DNA of 64,000 bases. Source: Rhina ancylostomus (lineage: Eukaryota). The notes below the pieces were generated by a model that did no database searches, had not been told where the DNA came from, and saw only the letters and a program-made list of their open reading frames with translations. The position numbers and the translations under genes were made by a program. The stretch spans positions 22,812,875 through 22,876,874 of the forward strand of contig JARFYF010000029.1 of assembly GCA_030265395.1 (NCBI GenBank). The letters are read 5' to 3'. Below, in pieces: positions 13,430 to 26,740 of the stretch (within the stretch, counting starts at the first letter, position 1; each line of letters begins with the position of its first letter).

Positions 13430-13820
13430 CCTAAAACTGGGAAATTTGAATATATTCATTTGTATTAGAAGTAATAGAGATGTTGCACCACTGGGGCTAT
13501 TCTATGGACCATCAACTAATGGGGAGGATATAGAGGAGTAAGTTTGCAGGAAGATTATAGCTGCTGTACAATGACAACAGGAAACTTCAATCATCCAAAT
13601 ATGCACTGGGGTAATTGTACCACAAGAGGCAAAGAGCGGGAGGAATTTTTGAAATGTATCTATTGAAAGTTTTAAACACATTTCCATTGAAATAAGAAAG
13701 GAGACATTGCTGTAGATGGATCAGGAGAATGAGACTGCAACTGGAGCAAGAATGAGTGGGATAACATTTAGAGAACAGTAATTACAGTCTCATAAGGTTA
13801 AGACTGGCTTTGGAAGAGGT
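13430..13820 (+). mobile_element. Highly decayed CR1 endonuclease-region fragment
   Basis: Remnants resembling the TLLGxxYRPP, GDFNxP and HLGxSD segments of CR1 ORF2. Confidence 0.5.
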
Positions 13821-15949
13821 CATAAATGTTCAAGGTTAACTCTGTTTTGCTTTCAGATGCTACCTGATCTGCTGAGTATACCCAGATTTGTCTCTTTTTA
13901 ATTCAGAATTCCACCTTCTGCATTGTTTTGTTTCACCAGTATATGTGTCATTGTTCTAGCAGTTTTCTTTGTTTCTCCTGTTTTCATTCATGTCTTTCTA
14001 TTTATATTTTCCTCAGAAAGATCATTCACAAGTAATGAGCCTTCACTGGCCTCTCTCAGCCAGCTCTGCCATCACTTGTGTTATTCAGCCTCTCCCAATC
14101 TTCACCCATTGTTCTCTCTACCCTTCTCCTTTCTCTGCAACTTGAAACAGGTTTGATTTCCTGCTTGACTCAGTTCTGATGAATAGTCATCAACCCTATT
14201 TCTCTTTCCCTGAAATGGCAGAGTTTTTTCAGCATTCTGTTTTTTATTGAAGACAATGCAGTCATTTGGATGTATGAATTGTAAAATATTTCATTTTGGT
14301 GAGAAGAATATGGAGAGGAAATATGAATTAGAGAGCACAATTCTGAAAGTGAGACAGGAAAATACATACCTGGTGGTATGTGCATATAAATTATTGAGTT
14401 ATTCTATGCATTCTGATAGATCCCATTAAATGTCCCCAATGGAATGTCAATTGACTGCTCTTTAACCTAATTTGCCAGTTCACTTTAGCCAGCTCTGCTT
14501 TCAAACCCTTACAATTGATCTAATTTAAGTGTAGAATGCTCATTTTGGATCCTTTCTTCTCTTCTGCAAACCAAATTAAACCGAATGTGATGAGAGAATT
14601 AAAGTTCAAACTACTTCAGCAATTTAAGATTAGGTTCAGGAAATTTTTTTTCTCACAGTGAGCAGCTAAAGAAATAGATTTCCTGATGGACTGTTTTAAG
14701 AAAAATTAGATGCTGTAATGAAGGGTCTGTAGGATATCTTTGGATTTATGAACTAAATAGAATATCTTTCCCTGTCCATCTTTATTTTGTGATCTCACAG
14801 TGAGAGTGACAGACACAAGAAGAAGTCTAACGCAATCTCTTGCTATGGCATCCAGTCCACTCATGAACAAGAATCGATATTCTGATGAATGAACCAATGT
14901 CCTTGGATTAGTTATTTTAATCCAACCTGATACATGCTTTTAAAATTGAAATATTTATAATTCTACTTTGACTGGTATTCTGCCTGAACTAAAGATAATG
15001 AGGGTACAGGTTTATTACTCAATATTTTGAACAAAATGTTTTAATTAATATCCATCCGTAGTCATACATGTAATTTCATTAAGAAAGCATTTCAAACAAA
15101 TTCACATTTCTTCAGACATTCTGAATATTTTATCTGGACATAAGAAGCATTTTAAGCCAGTACAAAGGAAGTTTGCTTCTTTTTGATATTCTCTTCCTGC
15201 TGATATAAAAACAGTCTGAATGTTGCAAGACCTTTTCTCAATGTTTATATAATAATGAAAAATACACTGTCATTTATGAATGCAAGTTTCTTGGAGGTAT
15301 TTGGCAATTCAGTCCTATGTTGCAGAGAAACTATAATATCACTATCAATAACTTGGTTTTGTATTCTATAGTAATGTGAAATTGAACTTCCTATTTCTGT
15401 CCAGGGTATTAGCACCCTCTGTTGACTGTTTAAGGAAGGTGTAAAGCAGAAGGTGCAAAGCAGAAGGTGCATTCATTTATCATCCCATTTTGAGGTCCCT
15501 TTTAGCTCCCACATTCTGTTGGACATTTTACATGTCGATCTTTTGATATTTGAATGTGAAGATCTGAACATATTCAAGTGCACCCTTAATAATATTTAAA
15601 GACCACTTGGATATTTACTATATGATTATAAGTAACCAGTGCTACCAATAATGTTATAATTTATTCCCAAGAGCAATCAGAGTTTTACTGATGTTCTACT
15701 CTCATTCAGACCAAAGTCTGGGATTTCATTATAATCTCGTGGCAGCATAGCAACTGTGTGTGACCTTACATACAATGTAGAAAAAGAGTCACACTAAGGA
15801 TAGGTTTCAAGGTTAAATTGAATAATGTGTAGCTTTATTGAATGGTTGAAATATGATTGTGACCCAATTGGAACAAAAGAAGTAAAATTTGTGATAGGCA
15901 AAGTTCTTATCCTAAACCAGAAGGTTGATATCAAAGTTAAATTGCTATG

Positions 15950-16183
15950 TGTCACAATTTTTATACAGAGCAAACTCACAGAGAACCCAAATGCAGCACA
16001 CTGATACAAGACTGGAGTCAGGATACTNNNNNNNNNNNNNNNNNNNNNNNNNNNNNNNNNNNNNNNNNNNNNNNNNNNNNNNNNNNNNNNNNNNNNNNNN
16101 NNNNNNNNNNNNNNNNNNNNNNNNNNNTGGACAACAAGGCATTAATGGATCCAAAATGAGGGCCAGAACTCAGAACCATGACA
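15950..16183 (-). mobile_element. Solo LTR, Gypsy family (copy A, interior hidden by gap)
   Basis: Termini TGTCA...TGACA. 5-bp TSD CTATG at 15945-15949 and 16184-16188. Homologous to copies at 30.6, 44.4 and 48.8 kb. Confidence 0.9.
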
Positions 16184-16979
16184 CTATGGGCTTACCAGGT
16201 ATCCTCTCTGTCAATATGTCCTTTTTTAGGTATGGAGACAATTATCTAGGAAGGAAAGATTCACTATTCTGAGTTTTTTGGCTTCAAGTGTCTGTGCACT
16301 CCCCTAAATTGAGGTAATAAATGGTGAAGACTTCACTTGTGACATTTTGAAGGACAAAGCAAGGAGAAAACTGTTAATTATCTAGTGCAATTGAGACTGA
16401 GGCAGAGCAGAACTGTATTGGTAATTAGAGAGAACATGATGAGAAAATAATCAAGGAAAATTACCCCTAAGGAGTGAAGTGAGTGGAATAAACATCGGGA
16501 GAGGTTATTAGGGCAGCTGAATGAATTCTGGGGAGAAGATGTTCAAAGATAGGTAGTGGAACTGTAGGAAGGGCAATTGTCTTGGGAGGGAGGAATTCAA
16601 AGGTAAAAGTGTGATAGATGAGCCGGAGATGGGTTTAGGGACATAATGTATGTAGCTGTGTTGAATCATTTCAGACTTACTTACAGCTGAGCTTCTTAAT
16701 TTTACAATCCAATTTCACTTTTACCTGAAGTAGATCACACCAGAGATAATTTCTAGGCAAAATCACATGAATTGCAAAATTGTGCAATGCGTCTGGGCAT
16801 GATCCACGTTGCACTACCTGACCATTTCCTGATGCCAGGTCCACATCAAATAATCTCATTAGTCAGGCATTCAACTGAACCTGGTTCTGTCGGGGACTGT
16901 ACAGATCCTGTTTTAGCATTTGCTTCTGGATGCAGACCACCTTAAAGTAGTTTCAAAAATATTTTCCTTCTGGCTGCTA

Positions 16980-17310
16980 AAGTTGAGGTGATCTTGGTTC
17001 TGGAGTGGGTGGACAGCAGGTTCCCATTAGTTCTGTAGATTGGCTCCGGTCCCNNNNNNNNNNNNNNNNNNNNNNNNNNNNNNNNNNNNNNNNNNNNNNN
17101 NNNNNNNNNNNNNNNNNNNNNNNNNNNNNNNNNNNNNNNNNNNNNNNNNNNNNTCCGGTCCCAAAAGTAGAAGTGGGGCACAAGCTGCTCACTCCCCGCT
17201 CCACCAGGCACCTCCTGCCCCGTCTGTGGAAGAGTCTGCGGCCTCATCAGTCACCTCAAGGTCCAGAGACCCGGAAACAAGCCATTCTCCATCTGGTTCG
17301 GGAGAAGGTG
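16980..17310. mobile_element. RTE LINE fragments flanking a gap
   Basis: Minus strand IYRTNGNL..SRTKITST (RT region). Plus strand CPVCGRVC..GLISHL (C-terminal zinc motif and tail of RTE). Confidence 0.65.
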
Positions 17311-18589
17311 ATCCAGACACGCCGACGGTGATGAAATTCTCTGCCGCTGTTGTGGCGTTACGCCGGAGAGAGAACGCTACAGAGAGGCTCACAAGAACAC
17401 CGGCGTGACTGCCTCCATGGTCATTGCTCGGGGTTAGTGGGCTTCCATGATGATCCAGATCGGGTAATGGAGACAGTCACAGAGAGAAAGTGCCGGCAGC
17501 TACAATAGAGGCTAAGTGGAACTGGGACATTTTCTCACCGGTCCTTCGAACGGGCAGCGAGCAGTCCAGAAGACCTCTGGTGATGAAAGGACCTGGGAGG
17601 ATGAAAGGTGCCGCGGACATTGTCCAAGCGGGTTTATCCGGAATGAAACACTCTGGGAAGCTATAGACGCCCGCCAATGAGCGAACACTCAATTGACACA
17701 AGGGGCTGGCAAAGATGGTCCCTGGGTGTTCTGCAGACACACAGCGGAGTGAAGCGGTCAGGCACCTGGTGACAGGTGGACACTGACCGCGTCAATACTC
17801 GCTGACTGAACGTTGGTCACTTGGCTCCCACCGTTTTGTCCGACAGAATGGCAATGATTTACCAGGGCTTCGTATCGTCTTATGGCGTTAGGAAAACGCC
17901 CCAAACCATCACATGTTAACGAATTCGACCCTCAAAGCAGCATAGGAGCCCGGGTCAGCTCACGTCTCGGTTACGAAAATTAGCTCGATGTGAATAATTA
18001 ACTAATTTTTGTGGGTTTCTTAGACCCTCCTGTTGCAGTGAAGTCTGGTAAAATGATCAAGGGGATTTCGCTCGGAGGTATGTTGAGAGCAAATGTGACA
18101 CAAAGCCAGCAACTTGCTTTTAGATAACGACTTTATCATGAAATACACCATACCAGGTTTCCAGGAAAGTAATCGGTAAAACAAGATTTGACCAGATGTT
18201 GGGCGGAATAGCGCAAAGCCTGTTGAAAGGTGTAATGTCTTAGGAGGCGTTGAGATAATTGTTTTTATATTTGCGGAGTTGGAGGACGGCGCCTCTCCAA
18301 ATTTTCCACCTAACCAGAGAACCTGTGTCAAATCCGGCGAGCAGGCAATAAAAGCAGGAAATGCAGCATTGATGCACATGGGCATGCCAGTGTGCAGATC
18401 AGCACTGATACAGAGGTGGAAATAACTCACCTTTGTGTCTGAACTCTGCTCTGAAACAAGTTGGAAGTTGAGGCAATGAACAGCTTGTTCCAGTAAGTTA
18501 TTGGCCCAAGAGGGAATGGGGTCAATGACAAGGTGTAGCGTTTATAGTTGGGGTGTAGTTAATGGTTCCGCTTTTCCCAGGATTTTGAC

Positions 18590-19700
18590 ATCCAGAACTT
18601 GGCGTTCAACGAGTAGTCTCAAATTGCTGAGGCGGAGGAGGAAGTGAGGGGTGGGTCTGCGTGTCATCAGCGTACAGTGAAACCTGACGGCATTGTTTCT
18701 TATTGTTTACTAGCTCTGACTAACTGGTTAATTTATACTCCTCACACCGTTTGGAGCCTCGTTATCATAGCTCGTCTTACTTGTAAGGAAACAATTAACG
18801 CTCACATACAATCATTATGAAGCTCACACACAAGTGTGTAATAGTATTTTAATATAACGTAAAGTTTCCCACTCCACTTCCAGGAAGACGATTCCTCTTT
18901 CATTCCATTATCATGAGACATCACTTCTAATTCAGGCAGTCTGAGCAATTTATTGTGAAATCCGGTTATCTTCCTGCTTGATTTCCTGGAAATTTGATTA
19001 ACTCTATATCGGAGGAGGATTGTGATTTATTTTTGGGAGGGCGGAGAGACTATTGTGTTCATTTACTTTACCTTGTTCCCGTCTTATCATTAGTTTATAA
19101 TCGAAAACAAACGCGTGGAAAACATTATGCCCCAAGCTTAAACAACCCCTGGTAGTGATTTATTTTGAGATGTAGGTAAATCCCACATCTGTATGATGTA
19201 TTGTTCGATTTACTGAATTTTTTTTCTGCCTGAACAGATTTAATGAGTTTTTTTTACTAATCAGAAAACACTCTCCAGATAGACAGTAAATACCTTGACG
19301 GTTAAAATTAGAAGTGCATGAAGGGCAGAAGGCAAAGACCCTGAAGACATTAGGGCTGCAAGGTGTTTCTGGGAGAGTGGTGCGGGCCAGAGGCGGAATT
19401 AATTTGACATTGTTCTGACAGAAGCCACAGTCGGGATAAGCGCAGGTGTAACGCATGAATGAGATAAGTCACAGCAGAGGACTGAATGAGCACAAATCTA
19501 CATCTGGTAGAGTATGGGAGGCCAGAGAGGAGAGCACTGGAAAATTGAACTGTAGAGAAAACAAGGCACAGAGAAGGATTTCAGCAACAATGAGCTGGGG
19601 CCAGGTAATTTTTACAGAGAGAGAAATGGACGGTTTTAGTAATGGGACAGATGTGTGGATAAAACCTAACCATGTGGCAAACATAAGATCAAGGTTGTAA
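18590..19700 (-). mobile_element. Scattered L2-type LINE remnants
   Basis: Reverse-strand YADDT codons (gtgtcatcagcgtaca near 18661). Purine-rich L2-like stretches at 19330-19700. Similar remnants lie at about 16300-16660, 24700-25270, 25600-25830, 45960-46170 and 55500-55800. Confidence 0.5.
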
Positions 19701-21529
19701 ATGTCTGGCACAACTTCAAACAGTTTTGTGGGATGGGAATGGTAGCCAGAGGATGGAATGCAAGGGACAGAACATGTAGCCTGAGAACCACCACCAAAAG
19801 TCCCTTCCCATGACCCACCCCACCCCCCTTTCAGGCTGCCAGTTGTCGAAAGTGGATGCAAGGGGCCTCTCCAACCAGCCTTCGCAATCCAGAGTCCAGC
19901 GTGGCAACAAAACCCAGCCCTGAAATTCCTCTGGCAGTCCTTGACATCTGAATTCAAAGTCTTATAAAAACACTATTAAAATTGGAGTAAATAATTTAAA
20001 AAAATATTAACATTGCATGAAAATAGTTAATTACAGAAAAACACTGCATTATTTAATGGTGATCCCTCAGATATGGGAGATTCAGTGATGATAGAATATC
20101 AATGTTGGTTAGAATCTGCCTTCTGCCTTTTTGTTTTGAAAATGTCTTTGCCAGGCACTTACCAGGCAAATGCTTTCACCACACCAGCCTTTGTTAGAAC
20201 ATTATCCAGGTTGTGTTGCATGCAGACTGACATTCCCAATTATGTGAGGGGCTGAAAGTGGATTTAAGCATTATGAAATCATCATTAAGAAACTTCACTT
20301 CAGACTCTGTTGAAGGAGAAGTCATTGATGTAGTGGCTGAAGAAGCCACAATCTGGGATGAACAGCAATGCCCTGGTACTGAGATGACTTTATTTTGTAA
20401 GCTAGTCATCACCCAACCTGTCTTTCACAATATCATTATGCTCCACCACAGGAACTAGGTTGGGAGGTGATGGAACAAGAACCAACATTTTTATTGTTGA
20501 TCTTTTTCTTTTATTTAATTGAGTAAAGGCCACGTGTTCTAAATGTATTCTTTGATCTGTGCGGGCCCAACTCAAGGGCAATGGGTGTAGTTAACACTGG
20601 AAGAAAACAAATAAGCAAAGCACATCTGTGAATGATCTATTTTACGTGTTTTCTGGTTATTTTGGAAACTTAAGTGAAAATTTTAATTAATGACAGCTTT
20701 ACAAATGTTTGATTGACCTTAGATCACCTCAGTCTCACACACACATGTTCACAGTTGCACACAGAAATATAGCCTTGGAAATTTAAGGTTGAAGTTGCAC
20801 CCTCTTTGTGAAGCACTCTGTAAACTTTGTACCCTGATCACTAATTTATGATCATATACATCACATTGAAAATCATCACTTCTGCAATGTAAATTACCTT
20901 TAACTCTTCACTTCCACAACCAAAATAAAATTACTTTTTGAAGGCAGTTCTCCTTTAATAATTTGCTTTCATTTGTACTTTGTGACCTGTGATGGCAGTA
21001 TTTGCAAGAGGAAATTTCAATGGAACCTGAAACATGAATATTTACACAAGCAAAGCTTCCTTATTCAAGGACAACTGAAGAATTTTCATCCTCAGATCTA
21101 AAAATGTGTTCAGTGAATTGGAATGGATGTTTGATCCAGGATATAAAAATAATTATTTTGGTTAAAATCTTGTGATTCACTCCTTGAACTGGGCCAGACA
21201 AAGTAATGCAAAACAGTTTGAGTTCCCCAATAAGAAACACAATTATTTATATTTGTGGTAATAGTGCTGTGCACTCAATGAAAGATCAAAGGTCTAGATC
21301 AGCTATGTCCAAACAATGACCCCCAGCTCGTGTCTTAGTCCTCTGCAGAAGAATGTTCCTGAGGAGGAAGCTCAGAAATTCTATCAAGGCGAGTGAGTGG
21401 CGGAATAGGACTTTCTCTGCGACTTCCCACCTTTGTGAAGAGACAAGATTATGGAGGAGGTGAACTAGGAGGAAGATCACCTGGGTGAAATTGGGAAGAG
21501 GCTCACAACGAATGGTTAGGTGAGGAATA

Positions 21530-21930
21530 GAGCAAAATACACTGCAAATGCTGGGATCTGGAACAAAACACAGAATGCAGGGATCAGGCAGCATCTGTGG
21601 ACGCAAGAAGGTGTAAATTGATGCTTTGGGTCCAGACCCTGCACCACGACTGAGAGAGAAGAGGAAAGATTGCCAATATATAGCAGCATGAAGGAGATGT
21701 GGAACAGAGGCTGGAACGTGACAGCTGGGGCCACATGAGGAGGGGATGATGGGCAGATGGAACCAGGTGAGAGGTGCGGGTGTGAGAGGGGATGGCAAAG
21801 ATAAACCAAGGATGAAGAAAACTCGGTGGGCAGGTGAATGTGTNNNNNNNNNNNNNNNNNNNNNNNNNNNNNNNNNNNNNNNNNNNNNNNNNNNNCTCAC
21901 GCCATTAGGTTGAAAGCTACCCAGGCGGCA
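21530..21930 (-). mobile_element. Penelope-like element 3' end/pLTR
   Basis: ctgcaaatgctgggatctggaacaaaa...tcaggcagcatctgtgga motif, a purine-rich tract, and the RLGSxQPNG ORF end just after the gap. Confidence 0.7.
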
Positions 21931-22593
21931 GAAGTGGTTGGGGATGTTGAGTGGATGAAGGGGTTGGTTGGACAAAGGATCGAGGTCTCGGGTCCGCAAT
22001 GGCATTTTGTGCGTGCCGCCAGATGGGCAGGGTTTGCCGTTTGTTGGCATTGTGAAAAACACCTCCCTTCCAGGAGCTGGCAGGACATGTGCTCGGAAAT
22101 GCCAGCGACAATGTCAGTCCGAGCCTTCTGCTTCGGACAATGTCCCTCCAAACACAGAAGTACGGGCACCCCTGACCAAGACACAATCCGTGCGATGATG
22201 TGCGTTTTTGTATTATTTGCTTAACCGTTTGCTTACCAGTTGTGGTTACTATTTAACTCTAAAGAAGGATGATCGTTTCTTTTATCTGTTAAGAAAACAC
22301 TTCAGGAACGAAAACACGTTATATACAGAGACTCAGGAAACAATTTCTTATTTCCTAGTTTTTATGTTCAAAATTTAACTTCAATCCGCCGGTTTAGGTA
22401 ATTAAATGGCATTCACTGAACGGATTGGAGGTGTTTTTCTTTAGCTAGCCTTTTTTTCGATAAAACGATAACAAGGGATGATTTAATATGTATCATAGTT
22501 CAAAGCTCCGGATGGAATCTCTTTACATTTTTCCTGAGTGCTTTAATTTGGAAATTGAACTCAGCACTTCCTCGATTGCACTTTGAATGCGTT

Positions 22594-22607
22594 CTGCCCT
22601 CTAGTGG
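22594..22607 (-). promoter_or_regulatory. Candidate CTCF binding site
   Basis: Minus strand reads CCACTAGAGGGCAG, a close match to the CTCF core consensus, in unique sequence between the two convergent genes. Confidence 0.55.
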
Positions 22608-23189
22608 TACACAGGAAAAATGAACTTTACATAAATTCAATATCTGCTGTTTTTCCACCAGTTTCAGATCGCATGGCCTAATGAACTATGGTGTCGATCT
22701 ACTGCAAAAGAAAACTGATCCAATAAATGGCGTGTTTCTCCTTCACGGAAAATCACCACGGTGGAGGTGGGGGCAAGTTATGTCCCAATGTTGTTTCCTA
22801 GGATTAACCTAAATAAAAGCGATCCCATTTCACCCAATAAAACCATCGTTGGGATACGTTTTATGAAGCCTGACAATGTATTAAATACAAGTTTATCCTT
22901 TGGTTATATTCCTGTTCAAAAGCAACTTTTTTCCCCCTCAAATCAAAAACCGAAGTTCAAAAGTTAGCATATTTCCAGGAGGGATGTTCTGGGGCACACA
23001 AAGCATTCCTGGCTGAGCAGGTGTGTCTACTATTCCTCTGAACGCTATTATCGAGATTTCCTGTGCTTTTGTCAGCTATTTCTAGTAAAATATACTGGAA
23101 TACTTCCAATAACTTTGCTGCCATATAAATTACTTTGAAAAATAACCATTGAAGCGTTGTTATTAAAGAGAGTTACTCCTTTTTCCATT

Positions 23190-23520
23190 TCAACCACGAA
23201 ATCACTTTATTATTGGTCATGTAACAACATTACTTGAACTCTAAAGTGCATATCTTTACAATATATCAAAAGTTAGCAGCACCATGATACATAGTTCAAA
23301 TAAATAGGCGATTTAACAAATAAATTACGGTATGTGACATTAATCATAAATTGTCAGATATTCACAATGACCAATGTACAGCTCCATAGTGTACACTCGT
23401 GTTTTTATTCTCTTGTGTGTTTTATATTTACAATCAATAAATATGTTTAATATTTTAGTTATGATCACACGAACAGAATACTGCAAAAGATATTTTTCAG
23501 TCTTCACCTGCAGAGCAGAT
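23190..23520 (-). other. PTHLH: PTHLH non-coding terminal exon (AU-rich 3'UTR)
   Basis: Acceptor attttcctttatttccgcag| with the exon starting at 23520. Several ATTTA pentamers and AATAAA at 23211-23206. Blocks acattggtcattgtgaatat, atgtatcatggtgctgct and atgcactttag resemble the mammalian PTHLH last-exon UTR as I recall it. The 3' end is uncertain. Confidence 0.8.
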
Positions 23521-26500
23521 CTGCGGAAATAAAGGAAAATTAAACGGTCGCTAGATATTTTAAACAAGCAACCAATTTACCGCCATAAAATACTGTCTAT
23601 GAACAATGACTGATAACTCTACAGCAAGTAGGAACTTAATTGGGCATCTCTGTGTTAATACGAACTAACTGTCTTTTAATATCTGTGCTGTGTATGATTT
23701 CAGTCATGCATATTTGCATATTCATATTTACTGGATGGGAACCAACATCGTCGAGCTGTTAGTTCCCACCCTATATCCTCTAAAGAAGTACCGTCTTCAA
23801 ACTAATAACTACTATATTAGTTATAATAATTGAAATTGTATTTCGAAGGTTTGTGTCAATGTTGATCGGTGCAACAAGCTACAATGCATGATAGATAGGT
23901 ACGGGGCGTGGGAGGGGTGGTGGTGGTGAGGGGGAGGTCCAAACAAAGGCTGCCAGATAAATATATCCTATCAAACATGCATTTTCTCATCGGAAGAGTC
24001 CAAGGTATACAGCTCAGAAGGAGAATCAAAGCAGCCACCAAATGTAGTTGATCTGGAGCCTTCTGGTCATTACATCTAAAGATTAACTCTCACAGTGAAA
24101 AGCACAATTTTAAAATCAAGGAGAATCCACCAGAAGTCCTAATGCACTGCATATTTTGGTTTTCTTGTATATCAAAAAGCTCAGTGGGTAAATTACTGGA
24201 AGTTGTATTCATATTGTTTTGCAATGATCTAATTTTGAATTTTAGTCATCTTTTTATTCAGAATTACATGTTTGGCATCTTTGCAGAAGATTGCACATCA
24301 TTAGCAAGTGCTTCCTTTAAAATTCAAGAAAACTTTCAAACCTTCTGTACATTTTCAATCATGTTTTATCTTGAATACATGCTATGAATCAGCATTTTAA
24401 GAAATGATGTGTTGTTTCAGAGACAATTTAAGTGAACATTGTACAATACTTAACTTCTGAATTGATTATTAGGTGTTCCTCAGATTGCATTTATAGAAGC
24501 TCAATGTAATACCGATACAAATATAAATCTCTGGCTGGGAAACATAACAATTGCAGTATTTAAATTAAATGGTGGGTTAGGCATTTTTGCCAAATAGAAT
24601 CTATTGCTCAATAAAATTTATTTCACCCATTGAAAAGGCTGGACTTTAAAGAACATGAATTGAGTCATCTCTTCACAGTAAAGAACAATCTCTAATTATT
24701 AGAACAACAGTGCTTGTTCCCAGGATATAATTGTATGACAAAGACAATGTGATGTTATGTAAATAATTATAAATTAAAATTAATCCAGAGTCAGAAGAGT
24801 GGGAATGGAATCTCATTATTTCGGGCCTTGGCAGCTGAAAGCATGGTTTTATTATGATTGTAGCAATACAGTCAGAAATATGCACGAAGCCAGAATTAGG
24901 GGAGTGCAACTACCTAAGGGAGTTGTAGGACTAACTGAGATAGGGGTGGTTGAGGTTATAGAGGGAAATGTATACAAGGGTGAGAATTTAGAGTCAAGAC
25001 ATTGGTTAACCAGGATCCCATGTAGTGATGTGAGTGATCACAGGGGTAAAGGCTGAACAGAACTTGTTGCAAGTTAGAACCTGGAAGCAGAGGTTTGGAT
25101 GACCTCCAATTTAGCAAGGGTAGAACATTGCCAGCTGCAAAGAATTACTGTAAAGTCATGACCAGAGGTAACAAATCCAGGGGTGGTGGTTTCCTTGGCA
25201 GATGAGCTGAAGCTGGGCCAGAGTTAAGTAACATTACAGAGAAGGAAACTTGGTGATGTTGTGGATTTTATGATTAGAAACTTTGCTGGAATTAAGANNN
25301 NNNNNNNCGTCCGGAAGAGAAGACTGCACACGTGTGGTTACCTCTGCCAGTGATTAAAACCTGAAGTGTTGCTTGCAGAATGCGTGGCGTTTAAATTATC
25401 TTATGCTCAAATCATCAGATATCCAGGAAGACCCATAGATACTTTAAAAATGGATTCAACATTATGTTGTGCTTCTCCCTGAAGCTCACCACGGGTTTAG
25501 ATTTTAACCTTGTACAGTTACATTGAGATTGTACTATCCACTCAAGTTATGTGCTTGTGAGGTGTAAAAGCAAAGCCATTATATAGATGTCAGTGTAAAT
25601 GGTGTCATCCCTGCCTTATCTGGGATCTCTGTCAGCCTGCAAGCTTCCAAAAAATCACATTCAGACGTTTAGGCCCCAAACTCTGGAATCCTCTTCCTTA
25701 GCGTCTCCGCCCCCTCTCTCCTCATCTTAGGAGCCACCAAACTTGAGGAAGTTTTTATCTGTCTGGTTCATAATTTTTAGCCTCAGTTTGCCAGACGGTT
25801 ACTGTGAACTACTTCGGGCGTTTTCCTGCGCTAAAGGTATTGAACACAGTCTGCGCCAACCCGCATGATGCTTCATTCCTTCTGTGCCTATTTTTATTTG
25901 GGGTGGGGGGCGTGGGGGAAACCGAAGGGGACTGAATAATGATACTCACTTACTCACACTATGCATTCCAACTTAAAAAGAGATCCAATGGGTTGGAACA
26001 GTTTTTAAACCTGCTATGTGCACACGCGAGTGTTCGCCGCCGTAACAAGCCAGACATGGTAAAATTGACTTCTAAAGGAGTTTGCCATCGCTGGGATTTA
26101 GAGTTGGTGTACAATCAAATCTCAGGCTACAAAATTAGAATCGTCACCGCAAACAGAGGCTTTTAAGGCGGGATTATGTTCGTATAATGCTGTTTGGATG
26201 TCTTCAGCTATTATCTGGCTACAGTTCTTGGTACACTCTCACTTTTAAAGTGCTTTTGTCTATTAACTTCTAAAGGAAAGAACATATATGACTAGTTATG
26301 CTGTCAGTCGCATGTATGGAGTATGATTTTGTGCACGCATCAATGAGAAAAGCATAGTTTGGGTGCTGAACAAACACTCCGGTACTTTACACACGCTCTG
26401 TATAACGCCCTCTCAAACCACGTACAGTTTGCACTTGACGCGATATTGCAACGTTGTGCAAGGATGTATTTCACAAATGTGAACTAATCTCTGCTAACGT

Positions 26501-26740
26501 TAAGATGTAACTGAACGGGTGCACACGCCTTCAAGCGCTCGAGTGCAGTTGGCTCAGTGCTTGTTCTATCTGGATCAGCGTGTTAATCTGAGATCTCTTT
26601 GTTTACAATTTTACAGCACATCACAGCAGATGCCGAACTCGGGCATTGCCCGCAGTCTTTAAACTTTAAAGCAAGTGTGAGAGAATGCACTGGGAGAGTA
26701 CTGTGTAGTTACCTAAAAATGTATTTTACAGGTTGGCCCC

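Noticed and set aside
21930-22200. GC/CpG-rich block with overlapping ORFs in several frames
   Set aside because: No recognisable protein motif or splice structure. Probably an unclassified repeat fragment next to a Penelope insertion.
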